A DNA stretch of 64,000 nucleotides from contig CBDBDN010000005.1 in the NCBI GenBank assembly GCA_965203855.1, positions 577,804-641,803 of the forward strand. The letters run 5' to 3'. The stretch comes from Dehalococcoidia bacterium (GTDB lineage: Bacteria; Chloroflexota; Dehalococcoidia; Lucifugimonadales; UBA3495). Of the stretch, positions 18,994 through 29,426 are shown piece by piece. A model generated the notes under the pieces. It was not told the origin of the DNA, did not search any database, and saw nothing but the letters and a program-made list of their open reading frames with translations. How positions within the stretch are numbered: the first letter of the stretch is position 1; each line of letters starts with the position of its first letter. Position numbers and translations under genes: made by a program.

Positions 18994-19335
18994 ATGGCAT
19001 GGATGGACAAGATTGGTAGATGGACGGAATTCTCACTGGTAGAGGTGCGTACAATGTTCCAGAACATCAGAAAGCAAAAGGAACACGCCCACAATGTGGG
19101 CTATGCCCAAGGCTACGAGCAAGCCCGCCATGATCTGGGGTTGCCGCCGCTGCCGGAGCCGGACGGGAATGGAGCAGCCGCACCGGCAACGCCGGCAACC
19201 CCGTCGGCCCGCCGTATGCTGGACGCTATTGAGCAGTTTGGCGTTGCCGAGGACGGAATGGTCAAGATTCCGGCGGAAACCCTGGCCGTCATCCGGTTTA
19301 TGATGAACGGAACGGACGCCGCCCCCGCCGATTGA
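18994..19335 (+). CDS. hypothetical protein
   Basis: 113-aa ORF with no recognisable motif. An alternative start is the ATG at 19054. Confidence 0.35.
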   Translation: MAWMDKIGRWTEFSLVEVRTMFQNIRKQKEHAHNVGYAQGYEQARHDLGLPPLPEPDGNGAAAPATPATPSARRMLDAIEQFGVAEDGMVKIPAETLAVIRFMMNGTDAAPAD

Positions 19336-19362
19336 TTGCTGCTTGCCGATTACTGGCTGCAA

Positions 19363-20337
19363 TTACGGATAATCCACCGGGTTATAGCACGCCGCCCACT
19401 GCCCCGGCGCCAGCTCCGACAGCGCCGGCGGCCCGTCCGTCCGGCAGCGCGTTACCGCTTTCGGGCAGCGCGGCACAAAGGGACACTGCCCCGTCGGGTT
19501 TATCAGATCCGGCGGCGTACCCCGCAGCGTTGCCAGCCGCCGGCCCGCCGCATCCAGCCGGGGCAGCGTTTGCAGCAGCGACCAGGTATAAGGATGCCGC
19601 GGCTGCCGGAACAGCGGCAGCAAGTCGGCGTACTCCACCAGATGCCCGGCGTACATCACGCCCACCCGATGCGCCATATTAGCCACCACGCCCATATCGT
19701 GCGTAATCAGCAGGATGGCCGACCTGGAATCCCGGCTCAACCCTTTCAGCCGTTCCAAAATCTCCGCTTGCAGCGTAACATCCACGCTGGAAGTTACCTC
19801 GTCCGCAATCAGCAGACGCGGACGCATCACCATCGCCATCGCCAGCATTACCCGCTGGCACTGCCCCCCGCTCAAAGTGAACGGATAGGCCCCCATAATC
19901 CGGCGCGGATCCGGCACCCCCAGCTCCCGCAGCATCTCCTGGCACACCCCGCCCGCCGCCCGCCGGCTCAACTGCGAGTGCGTAATGATTACTTCGGTCA
20001 GCTGCGCCCCGATGGTCTGCACCGGATTCAGCGCGGCCTGCGCGTCCTGGAATACCAGCGACATCGCCTTGCCGCGCCGCTGCCGCCGCTGCTCCTCCGC
20101 TGCCGCCGCCAGGTCAACCCCGTCAAACACGATGCGCCCGCCGGTGATGGCGCCGTTGTCGGGCAGCAGCCCCATCACCGCCAGCGCCAGCGCGCTCTTG
20201 CCGGCGCCGCTCTCCCCCACCACGCAGAAGATCTCCTCCTCCCGCTGCTCAAACGACACGCCGTTGACCGCCTGCACCGTCCCGTTGGGAGTGCGGTACT
20301 CTACCCGCAGGTTTTCAACTTGCAGCAAAGCGGACAT
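19363..20337 (-). CDS. oligopeptide/dipeptide-type ABC transporter ATP-binding protein (orphan: no permease or binding-protein gene adjacent)
   Basis: Walker A GESGAGKSA, signature LSGGQCQRV, Walker B LLIADEVTS, and an OppD-type C-terminal extension (HPYTWSLL, CPFVPRC). Confidence 0.85.
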   Translation of the reverse strand: MSALLQVENLRVEYRTPNGTVQAVNGVSFEQREEEIFCVVGESGAGKSALALAVMGLLPDNGAITGGRIVFDGVDLAAAAEEQRRQRRGKAMSLVFQDAQAALNPVQTIGAQLTEVIITHSQLSRRAAGGVCQEMLRELGVPDPRRIMGAYPFTLSGGQCQRVMLAMAMVMRPRLLIADEVTSSVDVTLQAEILERLKGLSRDSRSAILLITHDMGVVANMAHRVGVMYAGHLVEYADLLPLFRQPRHPYTWSLLQTLPRLDAAGRRLATLRGTPPDLINPTGQCPFVPRCPKAVTRCRTDGPPALSELAPGQWAACYNPVDYP

Positions 20338-20402
20338 ACCGACCTGATGCCCTGATGGCGTTACAACGGCGGCAATACTACCCGGCCTGAAGCGAACCGG
20401 CG

Positions 20403-21050
20403 TCAGCCGCCGGCCCGCAGGTTGACGGCTTCCATCCGCCCGGCCCGAATTTCGGCAATCAGGTCGTCCAGCGTAGCGATGCGCCGGTGAAACAGCGTCG
20501 CCGCGACGCCAATCTGATGCCGATAATGGGCGTCGCTGCCGCCGGTTCCCGGCAATTGTAGGCCCTGCCGCACATCCTCCGCAAAGCGGTTTTCGTCCGC
20601 GGCGCCGCGCCCGTTGCAGGATTCAATCGCCTCAAACAGCTGCATCCAGGGGTCGGCCAGCGTCCGGCGCAGCATTGCGGCGCGCTGCTCCGGGTCTTGC
20701 CCCGGCTCGGAGAGATAACGGCGGCGGTAGGGATGGGCGGCAATCAGCACGGCGCCCAGGCTGTCGGCCTCGGCCCGCAGAAAAGACGGCTTGTGCATCC
20801 CAAAGCGGTAGCGATGCAGCCCGAAAACCAGCACATGGCCGGCATCGGTATTGATTTCCGCGCCGGGCAGCGTCAGGATGCCGTGCCGCCGGGAAAGTTC
20901 CGCCGCGCATTCCGCCGGCCAGAAGTCGTCGTGCTCCGTAAGGCACACCCCGTCCAGCCCCGCCGCGCGGGCGGCGTCAACCAGCTCATCGGCAGAGATA
21001 AAGCTGTCGTCCGACTTGGGGTAGGTATGGTTATGCAAGTCAATCAGCAA
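20403..21050 (-). CDS. PHP-domain metal-dependent phosphoesterase
   Basis: IDLHNHTYPKSDD, CLTEHD and GGSDAH motifs. Confidence 0.8.
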   Translation of the reverse strand: MLIDLHNHTYPKSDDSFISADELVDAARAAGLDGVCLTEHDDFWPAECAAELSRRHGILTLPGAEINTDAGHVLVFGLHRYRFGMHKPSFLRAEADSLGAVLIAAHPYRRRYLSEPGQDPEQRAAMLRRTLADPWMQLFEAIESCNGRGAADENRFAEDVRQGLQLPGTGGSDAHYRHQIGVAATLFHRRIATLDDLIAEIRAGRMEAVNLRAGG

Positions 21051-21102
21051 AGCGACACCGGGCGGCTATCCTGCTGGCATCATACCATACCGCCAAAATC
21101 CC

Positions 21103-21259
21103 CTCACATCGCCAGTACCGCCATCTCCTCACATCGCCAGTACCGCCATCCCCGCCCCACATCGTCATTCCGGCGAAAGCCGGAATCCAGCGTCGTAATC
21201 ACATACTACGGTAATGGAGCCGGCAAGTCCAGATTCCGGCGCAAGTCGGAATGGCGATG
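21103..21259. repeat. 25-bp direct duplication followed by an inverted pair of family-A hairpins
   Basis: CTCACATCGCCAGTACCGCCATC occurs twice (21103, 21128). ATCGTCATTCCGGCGAAAGCCGGAATCC at 21161-21192 and AGATTCCGGCGCAAGTCGGAATGGCG at 21231-21259. Confidence 0.8.
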
Positions 21260-21293
21260 TATATGACCACACGCCCTAAAATGATACGGCGCC

Positions 21294-22778
21294 TTACAAT
21301 TCTAATATCCCCCGCCGGTGCAGCTGTTCCCGCAGGTATTCCATACTGCGGTTGCCCTTGATGGCGTTGCAGGTATGGCACATCAGCTGCAAGTTGCCCA
21401 AAGTATCTACGCCGCCCAGCGACTGCGGATGAATATGGTCAATGGTAAGCACGTGCAGCGGCAGTTCATAGCGGCAGCCGGCGCAGCGGCGATCCTGGCT
21501 GGCGTACAGCAGTTCCCGGTCGGATTGCGGATTGACGGGGGCGGACAGCGCAAGATCGGTACGCTTGGGCGGTTCCTGCATTATCAGCGGGCTCCAGTCC
21601 GCCCACTCCGGTTCATCGTCCCCGTTCATCGGTATCTGCAACTCGCGTTTGGCGCGGTCGTTGAGCACTGCCGCCGCCTGCGGCAGAATATCAATGCCAA
21701 TCCATTGGCGATGCAGTTTTTCGGCGGCGATGCAAGCGGTAGCGCAGCCGCAAAACGGATCCAGCACCAAATCGCCGGGATTAGACGATGCGCCGATGAT
21801 GCGCTCCAATAAGGCTAGCGGTTTTTGGGTGCGCCATTCCGTCCGTTCCAGAGCATGAGAACCAATCGGCCCGATGTCGGTGACTATATCCTGTATCGGA
21901 ACGCCGGCGCCTTGATCGGCATAACGCTTCTGCTGCGGGATGCGCCCGCGCGGCGGCCAGTACACTAGCCCGGCTTGATCCAGCAGGTCAAGTTTCTCCT
22001 GCGTAGTAAGCCGGTCCAAATCGCTGCGGTTGGGATAGGCTTCGGCAAGAGCCTGGCGCGGCACCGCCCAATGCCGGCCCGAATCAGTGGGATTGACGCC
22101 GCGCCATTCAGCGCCCGAATCGCCTGATGTGGTTCCGGCGCCGGTGAGCGTCACCAGTCGATACCGACCGCGTTTATCCTCGTAACGGTAGTAATTCCTG
22201 AGATAATCGTCAGAGTACGGCTGATAGACCCGATTCCAGAGATGCCGCCCCGACCCGGAATAGAACAGGAGTACATCGTGGATCGGACCCCACCGTCGGG
22301 CGCCGCCATGCGATCCGGTTCGTTTCCAGACGATCTCATTCTGGAAATTATCGGGCGCAAACAAGGCGTCCATAATGCCTTTCAGATAATGCGACGCCGT
22401 AGGGTCGCAATGCAGGTAAATGCTCCCCGCCGGTTTCAGGATGCGATGCAGCTCCAGCAAACGCACACTCATAAAAGTCAAGTAGCCGGCCATGCTTTCG
22501 CTGTGCGCCAGTTTGGCGCCGTTAATCAGGTGATACAGCGACGGACGGCGGTACTCAATTTCGTCAACCCACTCCTCTTTCATATCGCTGAGCGTCCAGA
22601 CGTCGTCGAATTCGGCGCCGCGCGCTTCACTGTCCAAAGGGGCGGCATAGCTGCGGTTGGAATTGAACGGCGGATCCAGATAAATCAGGTCAACGCACTC
22701 CGAATTGACGCCCCGGAGGATGTCCAGATTATCGCCGGTAAAGATAGTTCGGCTCGGTACATTGCAGGCGCTGGGCAT
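21294..22778 (-). CDS. DNA methyltransferase (N4/N6 beta-class, DPPF) fused to a C-terminal HNH endonuclease domain
   Basis: Start at the ATG at 22778 (MPSACNV). Motif IV IYLDPPFNS, motif I LVLDPFCGCATACIAA. C-terminal CAGCRYELPLHVLTIDHIHPQSLGGVDTLGNLQLMCHTCNAIKGNR is an HNH motif. Confidence 0.8.
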   Translation of the reverse strand: MPSACNVPSRTIFTGDNLDILRGVNSECVDLIYLDPPFNSNRSYAAPLDSEARGAEFDDVWTLSDMKEEWVDEIEYRRPSLYHLINGAKLAHSESMAGYLTFMSVRLLELHRILKPAGSIYLHCDPTASHYLKGIMDALFAPDNFQNEIVWKRTGSHGGARRWGPIHDVLLFYSGSGRHLWNRVYQPYSDDYLRNYYRYEDKRGRYRLVTLTGAGTTSGDSGAEWRGVNPTDSGRHWAVPRQALAEAYPNRSDLDRLTTQEKLDLLDQAGLVYWPPRGRIPQQKRYADQGAGVPIQDIVTDIGPIGSHALERTEWRTQKPLALLERIIGASSNPGDLVLDPFCGCATACIAAEKLHRQWIGIDILPQAAAVLNDRAKRELQIPMNGDDEPEWADWSPLIMQEPPKRTDLALSAPVNPQSDRELLYASQDRRCAGCRYELPLHVLTIDHIHPQSLGGVDTLGNLQLMCHTCNAIKGNRSMEYLREQLHRRGILEL

Positions 22779-22957
22779 AATGCTGCTCCCGCCGCCGTCA
22801 GCCCGGCGGCTTGCTTGGCGGATTCTAGCAACCGCGCTCTGCGCCGGGCAAGACGCCGGCGTCACTGATTAGAATGACAGTATAGCGCGCCCTATGACAA
22901 CGCCCCTCTCCGCAACTAACCGGAGAGGGGCGCAATCCTTGGCGTAGGCCGTCGCGG

Positions 22958-24517
22958 TTAATCCGGGGTTGTGCCTACCGCCGGCAGCGCCGCCGCCTCG
23001 TCGGCCGCCAGCATCCGGTTGACGGCGCTGAGGTACGCCTGCGCGCTGGCTACGATAATGTCGGTGTCGGCGCTGCGACCGGAAAAAGCGCGGCCCGCGT
23101 TCTCAATCCGCATCGTTACCGAACCAACGGAGTCAATGCCTTCGCTGACCGCCTGCACCTGGAAATCGGCCAGCGTGCTGCTGCATCCGATAACCCGGTC
23201 AATGGCGCGGCATACGGCGTCCACCGGCCCGTTGCCGGTAGAAGCGTCCGCCTGCACCTGGCCGTCCGGCCCAATCAGGCGCACCGTGGCCGTCGGTATT
23301 TCCTTGTCGCCGCTGCTGAACTGCACGGTATCCAGCGAATAGCTGACTGGTTCCGATGCGCTGCGGTTCTCCTCGTCCATCAGGAATTCCAGGTCGCGGT
23401 CGGTAATCTCGCTCTTTTTGTCGGCCAGCTCCAGGAACCGCTGATAAACGCCGGTTATCTCCTCCCGGGTCAGCGAATAGCCCAGCGTTTCCAGCCGGGC
23501 TTGCAAGCCGGCGCGGCCGCTGAGCTTGCCCAGCACCAGTTGCACATCCGGCGGCAGCCCGACCCGCTCCGGCTGCATCACTTCGTAAGTGGAACGGTCT
23601 TTCAGCACGCCGTCCTGATGGATGCCGGAAGCATGGCGGAAAGCGTTTTCGCCCACAATCGCCTTGTTGGACTGCACATTCATCCCGGTGATACGGCTGA
23701 CCAGGCGGCTGCTGGGGTAAATCTGCGTGGTGTCCACATTGAGCGCAACGCCGAACAGGTCTTTGCGGGTGTCCAGCGCCATAATGATTTCCTCGAGGGA
23801 AGCGTTGCCGGCCCGCTCTCCGATGCCGTTGATGCAGCCCTCAACCTGGCGCGCGCCCACTTCTATGGCGGCCAGGCTGTTGGACACCGCCAGCCCCAGA
23901 TCATTGTGGCAATGCACCGACAGCGTAACGCCGTCAATGCCGGGAACATTGGCCTTGATGTCGTTCAGCATCGTCTGGAAATCCGACGGAATGGCGTAGC
24001 CCACCGTGTCGGCAATGTTGATGGTAGTGGCGCCGACTTTGATGACTTCCTCCAGCATCCGGTACAGGTATTCCGGGTTGGTGCGGGTGGCGTCCATCGG
24101 CGAGAACTCAACATCGTCGCAGTACCCTTTGGCGCGGGACACCATATCCACGGCCATTGTCATCACATCCTCCCGGTCTTTCCGCAGCTGATGCATCTGG
24201 TGGATTTCCGAGGAGGACAGGAACACGTGGATGCGGGGTTTGGCGGCGTCTTTGATGGCGTTCCAGGCGGCGTCCACATCGCCCGGGACAGCGCGGGACA
24301 GCGAGCAGATAATCGGCCCTTCCACTTCGTTGGCGATGCGCTGCACCGCCTGAAAGTCGCCGGGCGAGCTGGCGGCAAAGCCGGCCTCAATGATGTCCAC
24401 TTTGAGCCGGGCCAGCTGGCGGGCGATCTGCATCTTTTCGTCAACGGTCATGCCGATGCCGGCCGACTGCTCCCCGTCGCGCAGGGTAGTGTCCAGAAAT
24501 TTTACTTGTGCAGCCAT
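22958..24517 (-). CDS. leuA: 2-isopropylmalate synthase
   Basis: Start at the ATG at 24517 ([18 protein letters not shown]). [10 protein letters not shown] motif and a C-terminal LeuA dimerisation/regulatory domain. Confidence 0.9.
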   Translation of the reverse strand: MAAQVKFLDTTLRDGEQSAGIGMTVDEKMQIARQLARLKVDIIEAGFAASSPGDFQAVQRIANEVEGPIICSLSRAVPGDVDAAWNAIKDAAKPRIHVFLSSSEIHQMHQLRKDREDVMTMAVDMVSRAKGYCDDVEFSPMDATRTNPEYLYRMLEEVIKVGATTINIADTVGYAIPSDFQTMLNDIKANVPGIDGVTLSVHCHNDLGLAVSNSLAAIEVGARQVEGCINGIGERAGNASLEEIIMALDTRKDLFGVALNVDTTQIYPSSRLVSRITGMNVQSNKAIVGENAFRHASGIHQDGVLKDRSTYEVMQPERVGLPPDVQLVLGKLSGRAGLQARLETLGYSLTREEITGVYQRFLELADKKSEITDRDLEFLMDEENRSASEPVSYSLDTVQFSSGDKEIPTATVRLIGPDGQVQADASTGNGPVDAVCRAIDRVIGCSSTLADFQVQAVSEGIDSVGSVTMRIENAGRAFSGRSADTDIIVASAQAYLSAVNRMLAADEAAALPAVGTTPD

Positions 24518-24775
24518 TTTGTTCGTTTCCTTCCCTTCTGCAAGGTGATAGTTGCCCCATCCGGGGGCCGTGCGTCGCTTCGCTTCGGTTACTTCCGGGA
24601 AAGGCGAAGCAGGCACACGCAGTCCACCGCAGCCAGCCGCGCCAGGACCGGACTGCGATGGTGAACTGCTCTGCACAGTACCTCCATCCTCATTTGTGCC
24701 TCCTGTGATTCGCCGTCATTTCGGTCCGGGCCGAATAAGTTATCCGACCCGGCGCCGGGGAGCCGTTTCGTGAAA

Positions 24776-25786
24776 TCATTCAATCTCGCGCGGGTTCAGC
24801 CAGGGCATCATCTCGCGCAGGCCGCGCCCCACTTCGTGGATGCGGTTGGTGCGCGCCTCTTGCCGCAGCCGCAGGAAATTGTGCCGGCCCTCGTCGCATT
24901 CCGCCATCCATTCCTGCGCGAAAGAGCCGCTCTGAATGTCGTCCAGCACCCGGTGCATATTCGCCCGCACCGATTCGTCAACGACGCGCGTACCCCGCGT
25001 CAAGTCGCCGTATTCGGCGGTGTCGCTGACCGAATAGCGCATATAGTTGAACCCGCCCTGCTGGATTAGGTCAACGATCATCTTGAGCTCGTGCAGGCAC
25101 TCAAAGTAGGCGATTTCGGGCGGATAGCCGCGCTCCACCAGCGTCTCAAAGGCCATGTTGATGAGGGCGGTAACGCCGCCGCACAGCACCGACTGCTCGC
25201 CGAACAGGTCGCTTTCGGTTTCGTCCTTGAAAGTGGTTTCCAGCACGCCGGCCTTGGCGCAGCCGATGCCGGCGGCATAAGCCAGCCCAACTTCTTTGGC
25301 GTGGCCGGTAGCGTCATGGTGGACGGCCAACAGGCACGGCACGCCGATGCCTTCCTGCACGAAATGCTCCCGCATCCGGTGGCCGGGCGCTTTGGGCGCG
25401 ATCATCATCACATCCACCGACGGCGGAGGGACGACAAACTGGTAATGGATGGTAAAGCCGTGCGCGAACATCAGCGCCTTGCCCGGCCCCAGGTTCGGCT
25501 CAATTTCCGCCCGGTACACATCCTTTTGCACATGGTCGGGTATCGCAACCATGATGACGTCGGAAGCGGCGGCCACGGCGGCCACGCTGTCCACGGCCAG
25601 GCCGGCGTCCCGGGCCGCCTGCCGACTGGCGCTGCCTTCGTAGAGGCCCACCATCACCTTGACGCCGCTGTCGTGCAGGTTCAGCGCGTGGGCGTGGCCC
25701 TGGCTGCCGTAGCCGATAATGCCCACGGTCTTGCCGTCCAGCGCCGACAAATTGGCATCCTTTTCGGTGTAGATATTAACTGCCAT
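24776..25786 (-). CDS. ilvC: ketol-acid reductoisomerase
   Basis: Start at the ATG at 25786 ([11 protein letters not shown]). [16 protein letters not shown] Rossmann motif. Confidence 0.95.
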   Translation of the reverse strand: MAVNIYTEKDANLSALDGKTVGIIGYGSQGHAHALNLHDSGVKVMVGLYEGSASRQAARDAGLAVDSVAAVAAASDVIMVAIPDHVQKDVYRAEIEPNLGPGKALMFAHGFTIHYQFVVPPPSVDVMMIAPKAPGHRMREHFVQEGIGVPCLLAVHHDATGHAKEVGLAYAAGIGCAKAGVLETTFKDETESDLFGEQSVLCGGVTALINMAFETLVERGYPPEIAYFECLHELKMIVDLIQQGGFNYMRYSVSDTAEYGDLTRGTRVVDESVRANMHRVLDDIQSGSFAQEWMAECDEGRHNFLRLRQEARTNRIHEVGRGLREMMPWLNPREIE

Positions 25787-25912
25787 TTGGTTCATCCTTT
25801 TTGCATCCCGCTCCCGGCGTTTCCGCACAGCAGGCGCGCGGGGCAGGAAAGTCATCGGTTTTAGACTGACGAATTCAGACTGACGCAACGATGGGCCGCC
25901 GACAGCGCCGGC

Positions 25913-26728
25913 TTAACCGGCGTCTCCGCGGAGCCGCGCGATTTCGCCCCGCAGCCGCTGCGCTTCGGCTTCGGCGGCCAGGCGCGCATCCCGCTCCAGG
26001 TCGGCCTGCACTTCGGCGGCAATGCGCCGGCCTTGCTCGGACAAGCGCTCATCCCGTTCCGCAATGCGGCCATCCTGCTGCTCGTCATAAGTCAACAGGT
26101 AGCTTTGCGTTGTCGGGTCATACCAGCGCAATTGCCCGTATTCCCAGCAGAGGTACAAGCCCAGCGCCGCGCTGTATCCGTAATGCTGCTCCGGCGAGTG
26201 CCGGTGAATTGTAACCGGTTCGTAGCGCCCCTCAACCAGCGTCCAACCGGACAATCCCGTCGCATACCGCTGGCCCCAATCCGGGTCAAACAGCCAGTAT
26301 TCCCCCACTCCGAATGCGGCATAGTCGGCCCACTTCACAGTTTCATCACGCCGCGCCGTAGTGTCCGATGCTATCTCCAGCACAAAGTCCGGCGCTTTGC
26401 CCTGTTCCCTGATGGAGTAGCCCTGTTGGTCCAGGATCCGCGCGTGTCGCACCCCGAAGGCTACCAGCAGATCCGGGACGCGCACGCCGGCCCGCGTTCC
26501 GGCAACATCCCAAGCAATCGGAACTTCGCCCAGGACGATGGTAGTATCCGGGTTGCCCAGATGCCGGCGCAGCGCCGGCTGGTGCCCCGGATCGTGCAGG
26601 TAGCGCGGGTTCATCATATCGTCACGCGGCGGAAAGTCGGGAAACCGGGCCACGCCGGCCGACTCCGATGCCTCTGTATGCGACGGAGATGGAAGCCGCG
26701 GCGACGGGATAACGGTGGCAGTAGTCAT
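25913..26728 (-). CDS. Uma2-family (DUF820) endonuclease-fold protein with a C-terminal coiled coil
   Basis: PDLLVAFG, PDFVLEIASDTT and YAAFGVGEYWLFDP match the PD-(D/E)xK-like Uma2 pattern. Arg/Glu/Ala-rich heptad tail. Confidence 0.8.
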   Translation of the reverse strand: MTTATVIPSPRLPSPSHTEASESAGVARFPDFPPRDDMMNPRYLHDPGHQPALRRHLGNPDTTIVLGEVPIAWDVAGTRAGVRVPDLLVAFGVRHARILDQQGYSIREQGKAPDFVLEIASDTTARRDETVKWADYAAFGVGEYWLFDPDWGQRYATGLSGWTLVEGRYEPVTIHRHSPEQHYGYSAALGLYLCWEYGQLRWYDPTTQSYLLTYDEQQDGRIAERDERLSEQGRRIAAEVQADLERDARLAAEAEAQRLRGEIARLRGDAG

Positions 26729-26760
26729 TATGATGCCTCCCTGCGGATGCGCCGGCGCCG

Positions 26761-27348
26761 CTAAACGCCCTCGTAGTGGCCGGGTTGGAAACGGGCCGCG
26801 CCGGCCGCCGAACCGTTATGCCCCAGATGCGCGAACTCCGCCCCGACATCGTCGCTGATGCGACCGCCGGATTTGCCGCGCACCATTGCCACGCGCCCGG
26901 TACGCATCAGCTCCAGTATCCCAAAGGGGCGCAGCAAGTCATACAGGGCGTCAATCTTGTCCTCCTCTCCCGTAGTCTCAATGACGAGAGAACGCGCGCC
27001 GACATCCACTATTTTAGCGCGGAACAGGTTAGCCATTTCCAGGATTTCGCTGCGGCTGGACGGCGTAGCCCGCACCTTAATCAACGCCAGCTCCCGCGCC
27101 ACCACATCCTCGGACGAAATGTTGGACACTTTCACGACATCAACCAGCTTGTCCAGCTGCCGGGTGGCCTGCTCAACCGTGTATTCGTCGCCGGTAACCA
27201 CGAAAGTGAGGCGGGACAGGCCGGGCTGCTCGCTGGCGCCAACGGCCAGGCTGGCGATATTGAACCCCCGACGCCGGAACAGGCTGGCCAGCCGGGTCAG
27301 TACGCCCGGCCGATCCTGCACCAGGGCGATGATGGTGTGCTGCTGCAT
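26761..27348 (-). CDS. ilvN: acetolactate synthase small (regulatory) subunit
   Basis: Start at the ATG at 27348 (MQQHTIIALVQDRPGVLTRLASLFRRRGFNI, ACT domain). The start is adjacent to or overlaps the ilvB stop. Confidence 0.9.
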   Translation of the reverse strand: MQQHTIIALVQDRPGVLTRLASLFRRRGFNIASLAVGASEQPGLSRLTFVVTGDEYTVEQATRQLDKLVDVVKVSNISSEDVVARELALIKVRATPSSRSEILEMANLFRAKIVDVGARSLVIETTGEEDKIDALYDLLRPFGILELMRTGRVAMVRGKSGGRISDDVGAEFAHLGHNGSAAGAARFQPGHYEGV

Positions 27349-27349
27349 A

Positions 27350-29062
27350 CTAGATGCGTTCAAGGCCCACCTCCTGCGCCGACGGCTCCGATTCCTCCAT
27401 CATTTCGTTCACCGATTCGCCGGCCGGAATCATCGGGAACACGAACTCATCCTCTTTGACCACAAAGTCCACTACTACCGGGCCGGGCGTTTCCATCGCT
27501 TCCTGTATGGCGCCGGATACTTCCTCTTGCCGCGTTACCCGAATGCCCCGAATGCCGTAAGCCTCGGCCAGTTTGACGAAATCCGGGTTCCCGCTGTAAA
27601 TCGTCGCAAAGAAATCTTTTTCATAGAAAAAGTCCTGCCACTGCCGCACCATTCCCAGCGATCCGTTGTTGAGGATGGCGTACTTGACATCAATGTTGTT
27701 CTCGGCGGCGGTAGCCAGGTCGCAGAGGGTCATCTGAAAGCCGCCGTCGCCGGCAATTGACCACACCGTCTTGTCGGGCCGCCCTACTTTGGCGCCCAAT
27801 GCGGCGGGCACCTCAAAGCCCATTGCGCCGCTGCCCCCGGAGGTAATCAGCGAGTTCGGCTCCTTGTAGCCGTAATGCTGCGCCGCCCACATCTGATGCT
27901 GCCCCACGCCGGTAACGACGATGGAATGCCCGTCGGTAGCGTCCGACAGCTCTTTAAGCACCTGCTGGGGCAGCAGCTGGTCGGATTTACGGATGAACAA
28001 GGACGGATGCTCGGCGCGCAGGCTGTCCGTTTCCCTAATCCAGTCCAGGTGAACCGTAGCATTGACCAGCGGCAGCAGCGCGCGCAGCGTCGCTTTCAGG
28101 TCGCCCAGCACCGGCGCATCGGCGATGACATTCTTGTTGAATTCCGAGGGGTCAACATCGCAGTGGACAATTTTGGCGTGGGGCGCAAAATCGGCGATGC
28201 GTCCGGTAACCCGGTCGTCAAACCGCGCGCCCAGCGCAATCACCAGGTCGGAGCGGTCAATCGCCAGGCTGGCGTAGGCCATCCCGTGCATTCCCGGCAT
28301 CCCCATATTCAGCACATGGTCGGTAGGGAGAGCGCCGATGCCCAGCAGCGTAGTGATGACCGGGATCTGCGCCTTTTCGGCCAGCTCTCGCAGTTCATCC
28401 CAGGCCCGCGCAATCAGCACGCCATGCCCGGCCAGTATCACCGGACGTTCGGCCTCGTTAATCAGGCGGGCCGCGGCTTGCGCCTGCTGCGGATCCGGAT
28501 CTCCGGGCGGATGGTAGCCGGGCAGGTTGATGTCATCCGGCCACTCAAACTCAATCATTTCGCCGGCCAGCACATCTTTGGGAATGTCAATCAGCACCGG
28601 GCCGGGCCGGCCGGTGCGGGCGATGTAAAACGCCTCTTTGATGGCCGGCGCAATGTCGCGGACGTCCATCACCAGGTAATTATGCTTGGTGACCGGCAGC
28701 GTGATGCCGGTAATATCGGTTTCCTGAAAAGCGTCGCGGCCAATGGCGGCGCGCGGCACTTGCCCGGTAATGCACACAATCGGCACCGAATCCATCTGCG
28801 CCGACGCCAGCCCGGTTACCAGGTTAGTGGCACCGGGGCCGGATGTAGCCGAGCAGACGCCCACTTTGCCCGTAGCCCGCGCGTAGCCGTCCGCGGCCAT
28901 AGCGGCGGCCTGTTCGTGGCGTACCAGGATATGCCGCAGCTGGGAATAGCCCGACAGCGCGCCGTAGAAAGGCAGCACCGCCCCGCCGGGCAGCCCGAAT
29001 ATGGTGTCCACATCCTCTTTGAGCAGGCTTTCGCAGACGATTTCCGCGCCGGTCATTTTCAT
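27350..29062 (-). CDS. ilvB: acetolactate synthase large subunit
   Basis: Start at the ATG at 29062 (MKMTGAEIVCESL). ThDP-enzyme motifs (GGSGAMGFEVPAALGA, AGDGGFQM). Confidence 0.95.
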   Translation of the reverse strand: MKMTGAEIVCESLLKEDVDTIFGLPGGAVLPFYGALSGYSQLRHILVRHEQAAAMAADGYARATGKVGVCSATSGPGATNLVTGLASAQMDSVPIVCITGQVPRAAIGRDAFQETDITGITLPVTKHNYLVMDVRDIAPAIKEAFYIARTGRPGPVLIDIPKDVLAGEMIEFEWPDDINLPGYHPPGDPDPQQAQAAARLINEAERPVILAGHGVLIARAWDELRELAEKAQIPVITTLLGIGALPTDHVLNMGMPGMHGMAYASLAIDRSDLVIALGARFDDRVTGRIADFAPHAKIVHCDVDPSEFNKNVIADAPVLGDLKATLRALLPLVNATVHLDWIRETDSLRAEHPSLFIRKSDQLLPQQVLKELSDATDGHSIVVTGVGQHQMWAAQHYGYKEPNSLITSGGSGAMGFEVPAALGAKVGRPDKTVWSIAGDGGFQMTLCDLATAAENNIDVKYAILNNGSLGMVRQWQDFFYEKDFFATIYSGNPDFVKLAEAYGIRGIRVTRQEEVSGAIQEAMETPGPVVVDFVVKEDEFVFPMIPAGESVNEMMEESEPSAQEVGLERI

Positions 29063-29109
29063 AATTCGGTTTCTCCTGCTGATTTGCGGCAGCAATCACT
29101 AGGGGCAAT

Positions 29110-29420
29110 GGGGCAAAAATAAACCCCATCCCTGTGAAGGGACGGGTTGCAGGGCCCGCGGTACCACCCTTCTTTTCCGAATGGCGGGTTGTCCGCCATG
29201 CAGAACGCTTGCTGTACACGGCCTATATCGGGGCTGAACCGCCGACCCTACGCGTCCGCCGGCCGGGATTCTGCGCTTGCGCCGCAACAAACCCGCCGGC
29301 AGCCATTTCAGGCCGGTCGCTCCGGGGCGAGTTCAAGGGCTTGCGACCGCCGGCTTGCACCAACCGCCGGCTCTCTGCTGGCCTGCCGCCCTTTACTACT
29401 CCCCATCACAGCGAACAACG
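29110..29420 (-). promoter_or_regulatory. T-box riboswitch leader, Leu (CUC) specifier, controlling the ilvB operon
   Basis: Minus strand contains, in canonical order: a GA/K-turn-like TGATGGGGAGTA; an AGAGAG box plus a GGTTGGTGCAAG distal loop; a specifier context TTGAA-CTC-G (GAG on plus at 29329-29331); the T-box sequence AGGGTGGTACCGCGGG (plus 29155-29170); and a terminator. Confidence 0.8.
29115..29146 (-). terminator. intrinsic terminator of the T-box leader
   Basis: Minus strand reads CCCGTCCCT-TCAC-AGGGATGGG (9-bp stem with one G-U pair) followed by GTTTATTTTT. Confidence 0.75.
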
Positions 29421-29426
29421 GGCAAC

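Noticed and set aside
24518-24775. Possible second T-box or leader between ilvC and leuA (GCGGTGGACTGCG resembles the T-box core).
   Set aside because: The match to GGGTGGTACCGCG is imperfect (one base missing, one mismatch). There is no recognisable specifier loop, AGAGA box or terminator with a U-tract. The gap also contains a degenerate family-A-like hairpin (CCGTCATTTCGG..CCGAA). This would need an Infernal scan to revisit.
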